DNA of 63,907 nucleotides, filler included, from Craspedostauros australis (lineage: Eukaryota): NCBI GenBank assembly GCA_030167865.1. It is 14 parts of 14 records of this genome, joined end to end, with 100 filler letters (N's around TTAATTAATTAA, not from the genome) between each part and the next. Parts side by side here need not be neighbours in the genome. Positions count along the whole stretch, not along the records: positions 1 to 20,353 come from JALAGF010003672.1; positions 20,454 to 22,489 come from JALAGF010003675.1; positions 22,590 to 24,542 come from JALAGF010003676.1; positions 24,643 to 30,351 come from JALAGF010003677.1; 10 more parts are not named here. One strand, given 5' to 3'. This document shows, in pieces, positions 18,203 through 30,451 of this stretch. Below the pieces are notes generated by a model, which was not told the origin of the DNA, did not search any database, and saw only the letters and a program-made list of their open reading frames with translations. The translations under genes and the position numbers were made by a program. Every line of letters begins with the position of its first letter. Positions within the stretch are counted from its first letter, which is position 1.

Positions 18203-20353
18203 TGAGTCTTGTGATCCATTCAATCACGATTTGTTGACAGAATTGTTGGATCCACGGTCATTCTGCACGCAACAACGGTGTCGGCTCTGGATCAAATGCG
18301 GCTACGACCGTGATCATCATCGCCACCACCATGACCATCAGCATCATGGCCATCTCGCTCATCTCGCTCATCTTCAATCTGAAAACAACTCCGTTCATCT
18401 CTGTTTGTCTCCATGCCTCTGCCCACGTTCATGCATTGAGTGAATCAAGTCGAGACGCAGGCCCAGCTCTGTTGGCATCAGATGTTCGCAAGGCGATTGC
18501 CATCTGCGAATCATGGGACGGTAGACACCAACAATGTTCAAGTTGAAGTTGAAGCAAGGGGCAACTCCAAGGCAGACATCAACACTGACATGAACACTGA
18601 CATGGGCACTGACAATGCCTCAACTACAGCATTCACAGCATTCACATCATTCACAGCATGCATAAGATGTCCTCACATCAATCACAGGCTGTGGAGTCTC
18701 CTCTTCCTCATCCAGTCCCTCATGCTGCTCTTCGGATGGATCTTCCCTCAGCTCCATCAGGTCAGCCAGGCCAGTTACGCCAGTTACGCCACCTTCATGA
18801 CCACTCAATCTGCCCAATTCACTGGCGATCAACAGTCGCAGTTGCAATCGCAGTCACAATCGCAATCACAATCAGATCCAATCAACTCCCATGCAGATCT
18901 GTCTCTGCCCCCACCTCCACAGATCGCGGACGAGGACGTGTGCGAACTGGCAAAGCACAACTTCACAGCCGCCAGCGGTCTCTTCTGCATCGTCACAGGG
19001 ATGGAACACTCGGGGACCACCATCATGGTGCAGTTCCTCACATCGCCACCCAACCTATTCGGTGGCTTGGAGTGCGGACTGCTCACCATGCCAACACCCG
19101 CAGAATTCAACACCTCCGTGCCATTCTACGACTGGATGGGACGCACCACACACTTCGGCCTCACGCCGGAAATCAGGGATGAGATCCTGCTGTCCGCCTC
19201 ATGTCCAGCGCAGATGTATCAGCGCATCCGTCAGCACTCCACCTTCTTCGGCCAGTCGCCGCATCCTTCGCAGCAGACCAGCTGGATCGTGGACAAGACA
19301 CCGCGGTACATTCGCATGCTGGACGAGGTGATGAGCATGACACCCGGTGTTCCCGTCATCGTGACGCGCAAGAACGCCCTGGATCAGATCCGGTCCATCG
19401 TGAAGCACATGGACACGAACGACTTCTTCAAGGACATGTCGCCGAAGAAGAAGCGGAGGCGTGCCAGGGTAGCGGTCGAACGAGCGAGGGTGAGCTTGAA
19501 GCGTGCGATGGACCGTCATGGATCATCCGGGAGGATCCTGATCGTGAACGCGACGGAGCTGTACAGCAATCCGGATGTGGTGATGAGTGGTGTGTTTGAC
19601 TTCCTGCGATTGAATTGGAAGACGGAATACCTCAGCATGGATGCTTTGAATGTGAAGCGTCAGATGGTGGGCATCAACAACAATCTGACTTCATTCGATC
19701 GCAACGCTTTGCAGAACAAACACATCACGCAGAAGGTAGAAGTTGGAAGGGCGGCGGTTGAGGTTGATGAGGTTGATGAGAAAGGCCATGGTGGTAAGGG
19801 AATCAGGGCTCATCCATGATGGTCTTTGATACGAGTATGATGACGTATTCTTGGATGCAGAGTGCCGCCTTCCTTCCTTCCTTCCTCCCGTCCTTCCTTC
19901 TTCTCTCATTCACTCATTCACTCACTCGCTGACTCACGCGTACTCCTCCAGTATGATGAGGTGTACGATTGGAGTACGATTGGAGGAGGAAAGAGCCAGA
20001 AGGGAGGCGATGCCTTCCTTGGCATATCACCATATGCCCACGAGGCGCTGTCAACACAAGTCGTCAGTTGCGCCATTGCAACGGCCACAACGGGGGTACT
20101 GGAAGACCACAAGATCATCCAGTCCATTCTGAAGGACACCCTCGGCACATCACCAACAGCTACGATGGCAGAGAAGGGCGCCGCGAAGATCGGCGGTCCA
20201 TCGCAGAATGTACCATCCCAATCCCCCTGTCAAGCACAGCCACAATCGCGATCACAATCGCAAGCGCAGCACCAAGGATCATGTCTGAGAGGCTTGGGAC
20301 GGTCTCGAACATGTCATTCTCATCTCTTCTCCATCCACATTCGCTCTTGTTGG
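18203..20353. repeat. Right arm of long inverted repeat (pairs with 1-2151)
   Basis: Reverse complement of 1-2151. The contig ends at the base matching position 1. Confidence 0.95.
18482..19819 (+). CDS. Type II membrane sulfotransferase-like protein, copy 2
   Basis: Translation identical to the 535-1872 copy. Confidence 0.75.
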   Translation: MFARRLPSANHGTVDTNNVQVEVEARGNSKADINTDMNTDMGTDNASTTAFTAFTSFTACIRCPHINHRLWSLLFLIQSLMLLFGWIFPQLHQVSQASYASYATFMTTQSAQFTGDQQSQLQSQSQSQSQSDPINSHADLSLPPPPQIADEDVCELAKHNFTAASGLFCIVTGMEHSGTTIMVQFLTSPPNLFGGLECGLLTMPTPAEFNTSVPFYDWMGRTTHFGLTPEIRDEILLSASCPAQMYQRIRQHSTFFGQSPHPSQQTSWIVDKTPRYIRMLDEVMSMTPGVPVIVTRKNALDQIRSIVKHMDTNDFFKDMSPKKKRRRARVAVERARVSLKRAMDRHGSSGRILIVNATELYSNPDVVMSGVFDFLRLNWKTEYLSMDALNVKRQMVGINNNLTSFDRNALQNKHITQKVEVGRAAVEVDEVDEKGHGGKGIRAHP

Positions 20354-20453
20354 NNNNNNNNNNNNNNNNNNNNNNNNNNNNNNNNNNNNNNNNNNNNTTA
20401 ATTAATTAANNNNNNNNNNNNNNNNNNNNNNNNNNNNNNNNNNNNNNNNNNNN
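20354..20453. other. Artificial 100-bp contig linker N44-TTAATTAATTAA-N44. Also at 22490, 24543, 30352, 32136, 37200, 39321, 40885, 42542, 46800, 50414, 55020 and 59630.
   Basis: Identical structure 13 times. The 12-mer gives stop codons in all six frames. Confidence 0.98.
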
Positions 20454-21525
20454 AACAGCCTCATTCACAATCGTGACTTGATTCTGCGAACGTGTTGGAT
20501 GGATCTTGTGCCACAAGAATGGGGGACGATAGAAATCCACAACAAGCCATGACAACACAGAGAAAGACAATCAATTGCCTCTGTTGATCATGATGGACTG
20601 AAACGGCACAAGCCAGGCCATGTCGCCGGAAGCAAGAAAGCAGTGAACGATACGTGCAGTGACCACATGTCATGAAACAGAAATGCCCGTTCAAAGCATC
20701 CGTGAGTTTTGAGCCTTCCAATGGCTCCCACCTCCATAGCTCGTACTTGCAAGAGGCTCACTCTGCAGTCCAGGAACTTCTCAATCAGTTCAGGTGTCTG
20801 ATGGTGACCCGTCTCTCCACCACCACTTCCACCTCCGTCTCCAGCAGCGAAGTTGAGCTACCTTGGGTCGAGGCCGGGATTTATTGAGATTCGCGGACAG
20901 TAACGAAACTAGCAGTCCTTCTCTCCTTGGGCAATTTGCGGTCTCTTGTTTCCGCAACACTCCCGAAGCGCTGTTTCGCAGTCGTTGCTGCACACGTTTC
21001 GCTGGGAAAGTGGAACAATGTGGTACGACTATCGGTGCGAATGTGTTGGCTTTCTGCACAGGAACGACGAAAGACCACTTTCCTCGTCTCCACATCAAAG
21101 AGGGCAACACTGAACACGGTCACGCCGTGCTCGTTGATGGGAAGGGGATTGACATCCGAATTGCGTCGAAGTTTGCGCGCCAAATTTGTTGTTTTCTTTG
21201 TTGGTTCACGGGATTCAGGTGGCATGTTGTTCACGATGTTTTATGTTCGGACATGTCTGACGACAAACAATATTGTCCAGAGAAGCACAGACACCGAATT
21301 ATGAAATGAGAACAGGAGAGACTCTTGTGCTTGCGGACAAACAACGAAGTCCGTTTGTGGCGGTTGTTGGCGCACAACGCGCGACACAAAACAAGAGACA
21401 GGAAGAGCTACGGACAATGAGGGAACGGGAAGTACGACCAAGGAGAGATGACGAGATCAGGCACAACGACACCTGTCCAATGCATTCCACCAATCATGAC
21501 AGGCACAACACACTTCCCGAATTGT
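20454..21525 (+). repeat. 1072-bp segment present four times at contig ends (copy 1)
   Basis: Same as 22590-23661; reverse complement of 24643-25714 and 30452-31523. Confidence 0.93.
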
Positions 21526-21574
21526 TGCACACAACAGTTCCAGTGAAAGCGAGCCACAGGTACCACGATCTTCC

Positions 21575-22489
21575 ATGGACGGAGGCATGAGTTCAAGTGA
21601 TGCCCATCACTGCGGTCACAACGACCAAGACAATCAGGGAAGCAGCAGCAGGAGGAACAACAGCAGGAGGAGCTTTACTCTTAGCGAAGACGCTGGCGGC
21701 GGCAACCATTCTGGGCGAAATGGCGTCATGGGATCAGAATCCAATGGCGATAACGAGAACAGCAGAGAGCACGGAAATTCGTCACCACCACTGCCACTAC
21801 CACAGCGATCATTCGAAGACAATGACATTGATAGCGACAGCGATAGCAATGGAGGCGACAGTGATGTTGCTATAGCGAGCGTTGAAACCCCATCAGGCAA
21901 TACGTTGGATGACACCGTTGAAGGCACAGTCCAAAGCACCGTTGAAAGCACGCTGGGTAGCACACGGGACACCCCACAGCCCAATCCTGCCCAGGTACCT
22001 TCTTTGCTGGAATCGACATTGCAATCGACACCAACATCAACAGCATCCGCATCATCCGCACCATCCAGCAATATTCTGACGTTGATAGAGCATGGTGCCC
22101 AGCCAGCGACGCTTGATAACCGAACTCCATCCGTGGGTTTCCATGTCGGCAATCGCGCTGACACTCACATCGATCCAGAGCCTTCTCAGCCCCCCAACCG
22201 AGGTCGCAGTCACGATCGCAATCATTCCGTCCACAGTGCACGGCCGCTGTCAATCAACGGCCGTCGCTACTCAACAGCAAGCCTCCGATCCAGCTTCTCC
22301 CAAGCAAATTCGACCACCCGGTTGCAACGACGACGACGCAGCAGTGACATGCAAAGCATTGACCGCAAGGTGCGATCTTCCCGCACCCGTCCTCGGAAGC
22401 AGGTCACGCAAACCGATCGCTTCAACCAAATCCAATCTCACCTCCAAAAGGAAGACGCCTCGAAAACGCAACGTGCGTCTCATCAACAA
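21575..22489 (+). CDS. Hypothetical protein, S/T/D/N-rich N-terminus, 3'-truncated (variant A)
   Basis: ORF open to the gap. Indels relative to variant B preserve the frame. Confidence 0.65.
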
Positions 22490-22589
22490 NNNNNNNNNNN
22501 NNNNNNNNNNNNNNNNNNNNNNNNNNNNNNNNNTTAATTAATTAANNNNNNNNNNNNNNNNNNNNNNNNNNNNNNNNNNNNNNNNNNNN

Positions 22590-23661
22590 AACAGCCTCAT
22601 TCACAATCGTGACTTGATTCTGCGAACGTGTTGGATGGATCTTGTGCCACAAGAATGGGGGACGATAGAAATCCACAACAAGCCATGACAACACAGAGAA
22701 AGACAATCAATTGCCTCTGTTGATCATGATGGACTGAAACGGCACAAGCCAGGCCATGTCGCCGGAAGCAAGAAAGCAGTGAACGATACGTGCAGTGACC
22801 ACATGTCATGAAACAGAAATGCCCGTTCAAAGCATCCGTGAGTTTTGAGCCTTCCAATGGCTCCCACCTCCATAGCTCGTACTTGCAAGAGGCTCACTCT
22901 GCAGTCCAGGAACTTCTCAATCAGTTCAGGTGTCTGATGGTGACCCGTCTCTCCACCACCACTTCCACCTCCGTCTCCAGCAGCGAAGTTGAGCTACCTT
23001 GGGTCGAGGCCGGGATTTATTGAGATTCGCGGACAGTAACGAAACTAGCAGTCCTTCTCTCCTTGGGCAATTTGCGGTCTCTTGTTTCCGCAACACTCCC
23101 GAAGCGCTGTTTCGCAGTCGTTGCTGCACACGTTTCGCTGGGAAAGTGGAACAATGTGGTACGACTATCGGTGCGAATGTGTTGGCTTTCTGCACAGGAA
23201 CGACGAAAGACCACTTTCCTCGTCTCCACATCAAAGAGGGCAACACTGAACACGGTCACGCCGTGCTCGTTGATGGGAAGGGGATTGACATCCGAATTGC
23301 GTCGAAGTTTGCGCGCCAAATTTGTTGTTTTCTTTGTTGGTTCACGGGATTCAGGTGGCATGTTGTTCACGATGTTTTATGTTCGGACATGTCTGACGAC
23401 AAACAATATTGTCCAGAGAAGCACAGACACCGAATTATGAAATGAGAACAGGAGAGACTCTTGTGCTTGCGGACAAACAACGAAGTCCGTTTGTGGCGGT
23501 TGTTGGCGCACAACGCGCGACACAAAACAAGAGACAGGAAGAGCTACGGACAATGAGGGAACGGGAAGTACGACCAAGGAGAGATGACGAGATCAGGCAC
23601 AACGACACCTGTCCAATGCATTCCACCAATCATGACAGGCACAACACACTTCCCGAATTGT
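22590..23661 (+). repeat. 1072-bp shared segment, copy 2
   Basis: Identical ORF set at offset 2136 from copy 1. Confidence 0.93.
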
Positions 23662-23720
23662 CGCACACAACAGTCCCAGCGAGATCGAGTCATACCTCAT
23701 CATACCGCTACGTTTCAATA

Positions 23721-24542
23721 ATGAGTTCATTTGATGCCCATCACTGCGGACACAACGACCATGACAATCAGGGAAGCAGCAGCAACAACAACAGCAGAGA
23801 GCACGGAAATCCATCACCATCACCACCACCACCACCACCACCACTACCACTACCACAGCGATCATTCGAAGAGAATGACATTGACATTGACAGCGACAGC
23901 AATGGAGGCGACAGTGATGTTGCTATAGCGAGCGTTGAAACCCCATCAGGAAAAACGCGGGATGACATCGTTGAAGGCACAGTCCAAAGCACCGTTGAAA
24001 GCACGCTGGATAGCACACGGGACACTTCACAGCCCAACCCTGCCCAGGTACCTTCTTTGCTGGAATCGACATTGCAATCAACACCAACATCAACAGCATC
24101 CGCGCCATCCACACCATCCATCAATATTCTGACGTTGACAGAGCATGGTGCCCAGCCAGCGACGCTTGATAACCGAACTCCATCCGTGAGTTTCCATGTC
24201 GGCAATCGCGCTGACACTCACATCGATCCAGAGCCTTCTCAGCCCCCCAACCGAGGTCGCAGTCACGATCGCAATCATTCCGTCCACAGTGCACGGCCGC
24301 TGTCAATCAACGGCCGTCGCTACTCAACAGCAAGCCTCCGATCCAGCTTCTCCCAAGCAAATTCGACCACCCGGTTGCAACGACGACGACGCAGCAGTGA
24401 CATGCAAAGCATTGACCGCAAGGTGCGATCTTCCCGCACCCGTCCTCGGAAGCAGGTCACGCAAACCGATCGCTTCAACCAAATCCAATCTCACCTCCAA
24501 AAGGAAGACGCCTCGAAAACGCAACGTGCGTCTCATCAACAA
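23721..24542 (+). CDS. Hypothetical protein, 3'-truncated (variant B of 21575-22489)
   Basis: MSSFDAHHCGHND... aligns with variant A and is open to the gap. Confidence 0.65.
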
Positions 24543-24642
24543 NNNNNNNNNNNNNNNNNNNNNNNNNNNNNNNNNNNNNNNNNNNNTTAATTAATTAANN
24601 NNNNNNNNNNNNNNNNNNNNNNNNNNNNNNNNNNNNNNNNNN

Positions 24643-25714
24643 ACAATTCGGGAAGTGTGTTGTGCCTGTCATGATTGGTGGAATGCATTGGACAGGTGTC
24701 GTTGTGCCTGATCTCGTCATCTCTCCTTGGTCGTACTTCCCGTTCCCTCATTGTCCGTAGCTCTTCCTGTCTCTTGTTTTGTGTCGCGCGTTGTGCGCCA
24801 ACAACCGCCACAAACGGACTTCGTTGTTTGTCCGCAAGCACAAGAGTCTCTCCTGTTCTCATTTCATAATTCGGTGTCTGTGCTTCTCTGGACAATATTG
24901 TTTGTCGTCAGACATGTCCGAACATAAAACATCGTGAACAACATGCCACCTGAATCCCGTGAACCAACAAAGAAAACAACAAATTTGGCGCGCAAACTTC
25001 GACGCAATTCGGATGTCAATCCCCTTCCCATCAACGAGCACGGCGTGACCGTGTTCAGTGTTGCCCTCTTTGATGTGGAGACGAGGAAAGTGGTCTTTCG
25101 TCGTTCCTGTGCAGAAAGCCAACACATTCGCACCGATAGTCGTACCACATTGTTCCACTTTCCCAGCGAAACGTGTGCAGCAACGACTGCGAAACAGCGC
25201 TTCGGGAGTGTTGCGGAAACAAGAGACCGCAAATTGCCCAAGGAGAGAAGGACTGCTAGTTTCGTTACTGTCCGCGAATCTCAATAAATCCCGGCCTCGA
25301 CCCAAGGTAGCTCAACTTCGCTGCTGGAGACGGAGGTGGAAGTGGTGGTGGAGAGACGGGTCACCATCAGACACCTGAACTGATTGAGAAGTTCCTGGAC
25401 TGCAGAGTGAGCCTCTTGCAAGTACGAGCTATGGAGGTGGGAGCCATTGGAAGGCTCAAAACTCACGGATGCTTTGAACGGGCATTTCTGTTTCATGACA
25501 TGTGGTCACTGCACGTATCGTTCACTGCTTTCTTGCTTCCGGCGACATGGCCTGGCTTGTGCCGTTTCAGTCCATCATGATCAACAGAGGCAATTGATTG
25601 TCTTTCTCTGTGTTGTCATGGCTTGTTGTGGATTTCTATCGTCCCCCATTCTTGTGGCACAAGATCCATCCAACACGTTCGCAGAATCAAGTCACGATTG
25701 TGAATGAGGCTGTT
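24643..25714 (-). repeat. 1072-bp shared segment, copy 3 (inverted)
   Basis: Reverse complement of 20454-21525. Confidence 0.93.
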
Positions 25715-26071
25715 TATCCGCAGTCACCAAAGTTCCGACGAAGTTCGTCGAAGAACACCCAGTGATGGCAATCCCAATCCATGATCCTTGGTTTGCGATC
25801 CATGGTTCCTTGCGACATTGCCCTCCTTCGTTGCCCTCCCTTCTCGATCATCACCATCACCATCACCATTGACGTTGGCGCTGGCGCTGGCGTCTTTGCG
25901 TTGTGATCGTCGTCGTCGTCATTAATTTTCCGAGGTTGCTTGCGATTGAAGACACCATACCAGCAACATCACAATCCAAAGGAAACAGCATCAACGCATC
26001 ACGTCCTTCAACACCATCCAGCGCTAACGACCTCTCACTCTCTGTCTCTGTCTTTGTATGTAGAGATCAAG

Positions 26072-28084
26072 ATGACCACCACAATCAACTTCAAAGCCGA
26101 GGACTGTGCCGCGGAGTACGACAAGGCAGGATCCACGCTCCTGGCTGACACCCTCAACGAGCTGTCCGCGAAGCGCAAAGAGATTCAAGCGCTGGAGGAT
26201 GAGGAATGGTTGGCAATTACCCGCGAACTCATCCACACCTTTCATAGCCGCCATCGTGACTGGGAGTCAGTCAACCAATGGATCTTTGATGACGCACGGG
26301 TCCACAAGCTCTGCAGCGCAAAGAAGAAGGATGAGCTCGTGAAGGATCCTTTCAAAACACCAACGAACATTCACTATCATATGAGCCTCACACGATTCTG
26401 CACCGGAGGCTCGATGAACAACATCTGCAGTGGGTGGGAGTCGGCGTTCAAGTACAAAATCAGCTTGCGTGAGCAGCGCGAGAAGAACCTCGAGGAGCCA
26501 ACCTACGTGCCGGACTGCATCAAGAATGCCACCACGATGCAAACCATCAAGGGCAAGTACAAGCAGCTTGGACGGGTTGTGGTTCCCTCGATCCCCAACC
26601 ACCAATACAACGCCTGGTGCCGTGAAGATGAACTGGAGGCGTACGACGACGAGCTCAACGGCAGAGAGATTCCGTTGGATGTCGCAGGACCCGACGGGAA
26701 TCCCAACAGCCCAGGGTTCTCTGTTGTGCTGGTGGCCGGCAACCAAATGTTCCTCGGATTGCTCGATACCATCAACACCATCTTCACTCGCAAAGAACCC
26801 ATCCTCATCAAGCACCACCCCCTGCGCCCATACCTCCTCGCTGTCTACGAGATCATCTTCGAGCCGCTCATCAGGCGAGGCTACGTGAAGCAGATGTTGG
26901 ATCATGGCAATGCCTACACTAGCAAACACGTTCTTGGAAATCCGCTCACGAAGCACATCCACATCACTGGTTCGCTCGCCACGGTCGAGAAGCTCGAGGT
27001 CGAGCTCGCCAAGACACGCCCAACCAAGTCCAAAGCTGAGATCCACGAGATGATCACCTCCGAACTAGGCTGCGCCAGCCCATGCATCATCACACCGGGC
27101 GTGTACACCGAGAAGGAGCTCAAGAACATCGTCACCACGTTCCTGACAACGCGCAAGACCAACGGTGGGTCCAATTGCTTGTCCAGCCAGAGTCTCGTCC
27201 TTCCCAAGGAGTGGAAGCAGAAGGCTCAGTTCCGCAAGCTCTTCGATGAAGCGGTTGCTACCATGCCACAAGACCCGGCGTACTACCCCGGCGTCATTGA
27301 GAAGGGCAAGAAGCTGCTCTCGAGCCACGAGAAACAGGGACAAGCAACCGTGGTCCAATCCAGGTTCAGCTTTGCGTTGGACGATGATCCGGACTTGCGC
27401 CTGGAGTTCGCGCAACAGGGAATCACCGACACCATCGTGGTCGTCGAATGCGGCACTCCCGGCGAGGAGGGTTTCAACAAGGACCTGCTGGCCAGCGAAG
27501 CATTCTCGGCATTGATTGCCATCGTGGAGTTTCCAGGCGGCGGCGAGGACCAGGACCCCACCGATTACCTCCTGAACACTGCCGTCCCTCTCCTCAACGA
27601 CAAGAACATCTTCTTCGGATCGTTGGTGTGCAACCTCATGCATCCCAAGACCGTCGAACTATCAAACGATGTACTGGCTGCACTGAGGTACAGCAGCGTG
27701 TGCATCAACACAAGCACAGCCTTCGGGTACGGCGTGTCAGCCAAGGGTGGCCGTTGGGGCGGTCATGCGATGGAGTATTCGCACCAAAGTGGAAGATCCT
27801 ACATTGGCAACTGCTACGGGTTGAAGCGCATGGACAAATGCGTCGTGCAGTATACGGCCGGGTTAGAGGCAGCCCCCGTCACGGACAGCAACAACATGCC
27901 ACCGCCCATCGTGCTGGATGCCGTGCATATTTCTATGATGACTGACTCCTTCGCGAGCGCGACGATCTCCTTGCTTTGCCTTTTCTTCGTGAGGTTCCTG
28001 CAACTGATTCTGCCGCAGCCGGTCATTGCCATCCTCTTCGGTGACAAGCTGACCGGGCCGTACATGTCGCCGATGACGCCATGA
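26072..28084 (+). CDS. Aldehyde dehydrogenase family protein with hydrophobic C-terminal tail
   Basis: VLVAGNQ, HIHITGS, ITSELGCASP (catalytic Glu), GGSNCLS (catalytic Cys), SEAF, LRYSSVCIN. ATG at 26072. Confidence 0.88.
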   Translation: MTTTINFKAEDCAAEYDKAGSTLLADTLNELSAKRKEIQALEDEEWLAITRELIHTFHSRHRDWESVNQWIFDDARVHKLCSAKKKDELVKDPFKTPTNIHYHMSLTRFCTGGSMNNICSGWESAFKYKISLREQREKNLEEPTYVPDCIKNATTMQTIKGKYKQLGRVVVPSIPNHQYNAWCREDELEAYDDELNGREIPLDVAGPDGNPNSPGFSVVLVAGNQMFLGLLDTINTIFTRKEPILIKHHPLRPYLLAVYEIIFEPLIRRGYVKQMLDHGNAYTSKHVLGNPLTKHIHITGSLATVEKLEVELAKTRPTKSKAEIHEMITSELGCASPCIITPGVYTEKELKNIVTTFLTTRKTNGGSNCLSSQSLVLPKEWKQKAQFRKLFDEAVATMPQDPAYYPGVIEKGKKLLSSHEKQGQATVVQSRFSFALDDDPDLRLEFAQQGITDTIVVVECGTPGEEGFNKDLLASEAFSALIAIVEFPGGGEDQDPTDYLLNTAVPLLNDKNIFFGSLVCNLMHPKTVELSNDVLAALRYSSVCINTSTAFGYGVSAKGGRWGGHAMEYSHQSGRSYIGNCYGLKRMDKCVVQYTAGLEAAPVTDSNNMPPPIVLDAVHISMMTDSFASATISLLCLFFVRFLQLILPQPVIAILFGDKLTGPYMSPMTP

Positions 28085-28575
28085 GCGATCCTGCTTGTGC
28101 TGCTGAACAATTAGACATAGTACACCATGGCACACCATCACATGGGAATGATCGCAGGCTCTCACTTGATTGTGCAAGTCCTCAACACGCGCAACACTTT
28201 ACGTTAGCTTTTCAAATCTACTGTTACACCAGAATACCTACTCTGCTGTTTCACTTGCCCTTCTCTCTGTTGTTGATACACTTTGTGCTTGTGTGTTGAG
28301 TCAAGTCGAATATGTATAATGTGATGTTATCGTACGGGTACTCGTAGTCATGCAAATGGGAGAGGATGGTACCATACGTACATCTGTTGTCACAATCTTG
28401 ATAGTCGCATGTTCCGGAGAGACCCGGCCGTTTGACTGATTTGCGTTCATTGAGATACAAAATGAATTCATGCATGCAGACCACGTGTTGTTGCATTGCA
28501 GATACTGCTCGCATATGTACTCGTGGAGTAGTACTGATGTGTCCTTTCACATGGTACGTTCTGCGAGTGCGTACT

Positions 28576-29220
28576 CTACTTCGATGTTGTCTTTGCCGTA
28601 CCTTCCGCTGTTTGGGCTGTCGGCGGGGTGGTGGGAATCCCCATGATCTCCTTCCCGATGTGAATGACATCCTGCAAGAAAGAGAATGCCGTGTGAGCAA
28701 TGGGTGATTCCATCTTTGTCGTCGGCATCGCACGCGTTGCGTTGTCTTTGATGGCGGCTGCCGTGTCATTCTCGGTGCCGTCCTGTCCCTCCACCTCCAG
28801 AAAGGGAGCGCATGGAAGGGAACTCGCGCTGATGCGACGGTAGGCCGATTGATGCTGGCGCGTGATTTCCAAGAGGAGGGGATCGCCTTGGCCCATGCGG
28901 AAGTCGTGGTAGTTTTCGAGGATCTGCGTTTGACGTGGCGAGAAGTTGACATCCAGCCATCGCCGGAACACGCGATCGCGGCACGGGGCAGAGGGGGATG
29001 TCCGAATGAGGTTGTCCGTGGCGGAGGTTTCCGAAATCGAGGATGGGCTATCGGCATCATGGGAACTGTTCGATGATGTCATGGGCGGCGGCGTTTCGCT
29101 GCGATTGAATGGATTCTGTGCAAGGTGTGCGTCTCCCACAGCCGAGCCTTTGGTTGCTCTGACTGTGCGTGAATGCTGCAAAGCAGCTTGCATGAGAGGG
29201 TCTTGGGGGATTGCCACCAT
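28576..29220 (-). CDS. Hypothetical protein
   Basis: 214-aa ATG-started ORF convergent on the ALDH, with no recognised domain. Confidence 0.45.
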   Translation of the reverse strand: MVAIPQDPLMQAALQHSRTVRATKGSAVGDAHLAQNPFNRSETPPPMTSSNSSHDADSPSSISETSATDNLIRTSPSAPCRDRVFRRWLDVNFSPRQTQILENYHDFRMGQGDPLLLEITRQHQSAYRRISASSLPCAPFLEVEGQDGTENDTAAAIKDNATRAMPTTKMESPIAHTAFSFLQDVIHIGKEIMGIPTTPPTAQTAEGTAKTTSK

Positions 29221-30451
29221 GGTTGCTTTCCGGAGGGTGTTGGTTCTTTGTTTGCTTGGATGGTTGGTTACTCGTTTGCTTTGCGAGAGTGGTGAATTGT
29301 TCGGTTGCTTTTTGTGGCCTTCCCGTCAAGGCCTCCCTCCTGGTCGTGATCGCCAGGAAGCATGCTCGTACCGGACCTGCACCATACAAGCATGGACTGG
29401 GACTGCTCTTGCCCACAAGCAGAAGCCGCGCATCAAACACAGCAGCAGCGCACGAGGGCTGGTGCCGAGCGCCAAATACTCGCAGATCAGAGGAAAGCGT
29501 CCAGGCAAGGCAATCAACGCAGCGATCCCACCGTTCTCGTTTCCCGAACAAAGCGGAACCTCATTCGTTGTGCTTTCATCCGGTGTGGCAACCAATCGCC
29601 CCTTTCGATGTGAGGCGCCACAGAATCCTCGTGTCCTGTCTCTTCTGCTTCGGTCGAGAACTGTTTTGTGATGGAGTTGTGATTGGAGACTTCCCATTTT
29701 CATGTCTGTGGGAAAGAGAAGGGACAAGAGTGATCGCCTCTGACGGCTTCTCATCGACAGCGAAGTCGTTTTGCTGCAGGCAAGGCGGCAGATTTCTCTC
29801 CCCACCCTCCTCGTGGAGTTGCTGGAGCAACTAACCGACGATTGGCATCATCTTCTCTTCTTCCTGTACCCCCTCCATTGGTACGCTCCTTGGTCTTACG
29901 AGCTACGAGTACGACCTATAACATTATATTTATGTGATACGACGTACCCCATGGCCTCGAGCGATGCGTCGCCCGACATGAACATGATGCCATCTGTGCT
30001 GGGTATAGCGCGACCTATGGCACCTGCAGCCACCGAGATTTGTCCCAGAAGCCGCCATCGCGGAATTTGTCCTTGATGTTTCCCAACAAGGGGAGCAACG
30101 GTAAAAAATGAAAATTACCATAGGTCAGAAAATAAGCTGAAATGAAACACGTACGCTACGGTGGCTTGGACTGAATAGCATGACCGGGGCAACCAGTGTT
30201 GGAGCGCGGAGAGCGAAGCAACTCACAAACCCGAGAAGCACCACTCCTGTGTTGTTGGCAACTGTGCTGGTTTTGCTGATTAAGTGCGCATTTGTTCGTG
30301 TTGTGGTTGATTGACTTGTGTGGGACTATTGATGTGTGGAGTAATTAAGGTNNNNNNNNNNNNNNNNNNNNNNNNNNNNNNNNNNNNNNNNNNNNTTAAT
30401 TAATTAANNNNNNNNNNNNNNNNNNNNNNNNNNNNNNNNNNNNNNNNNNNN

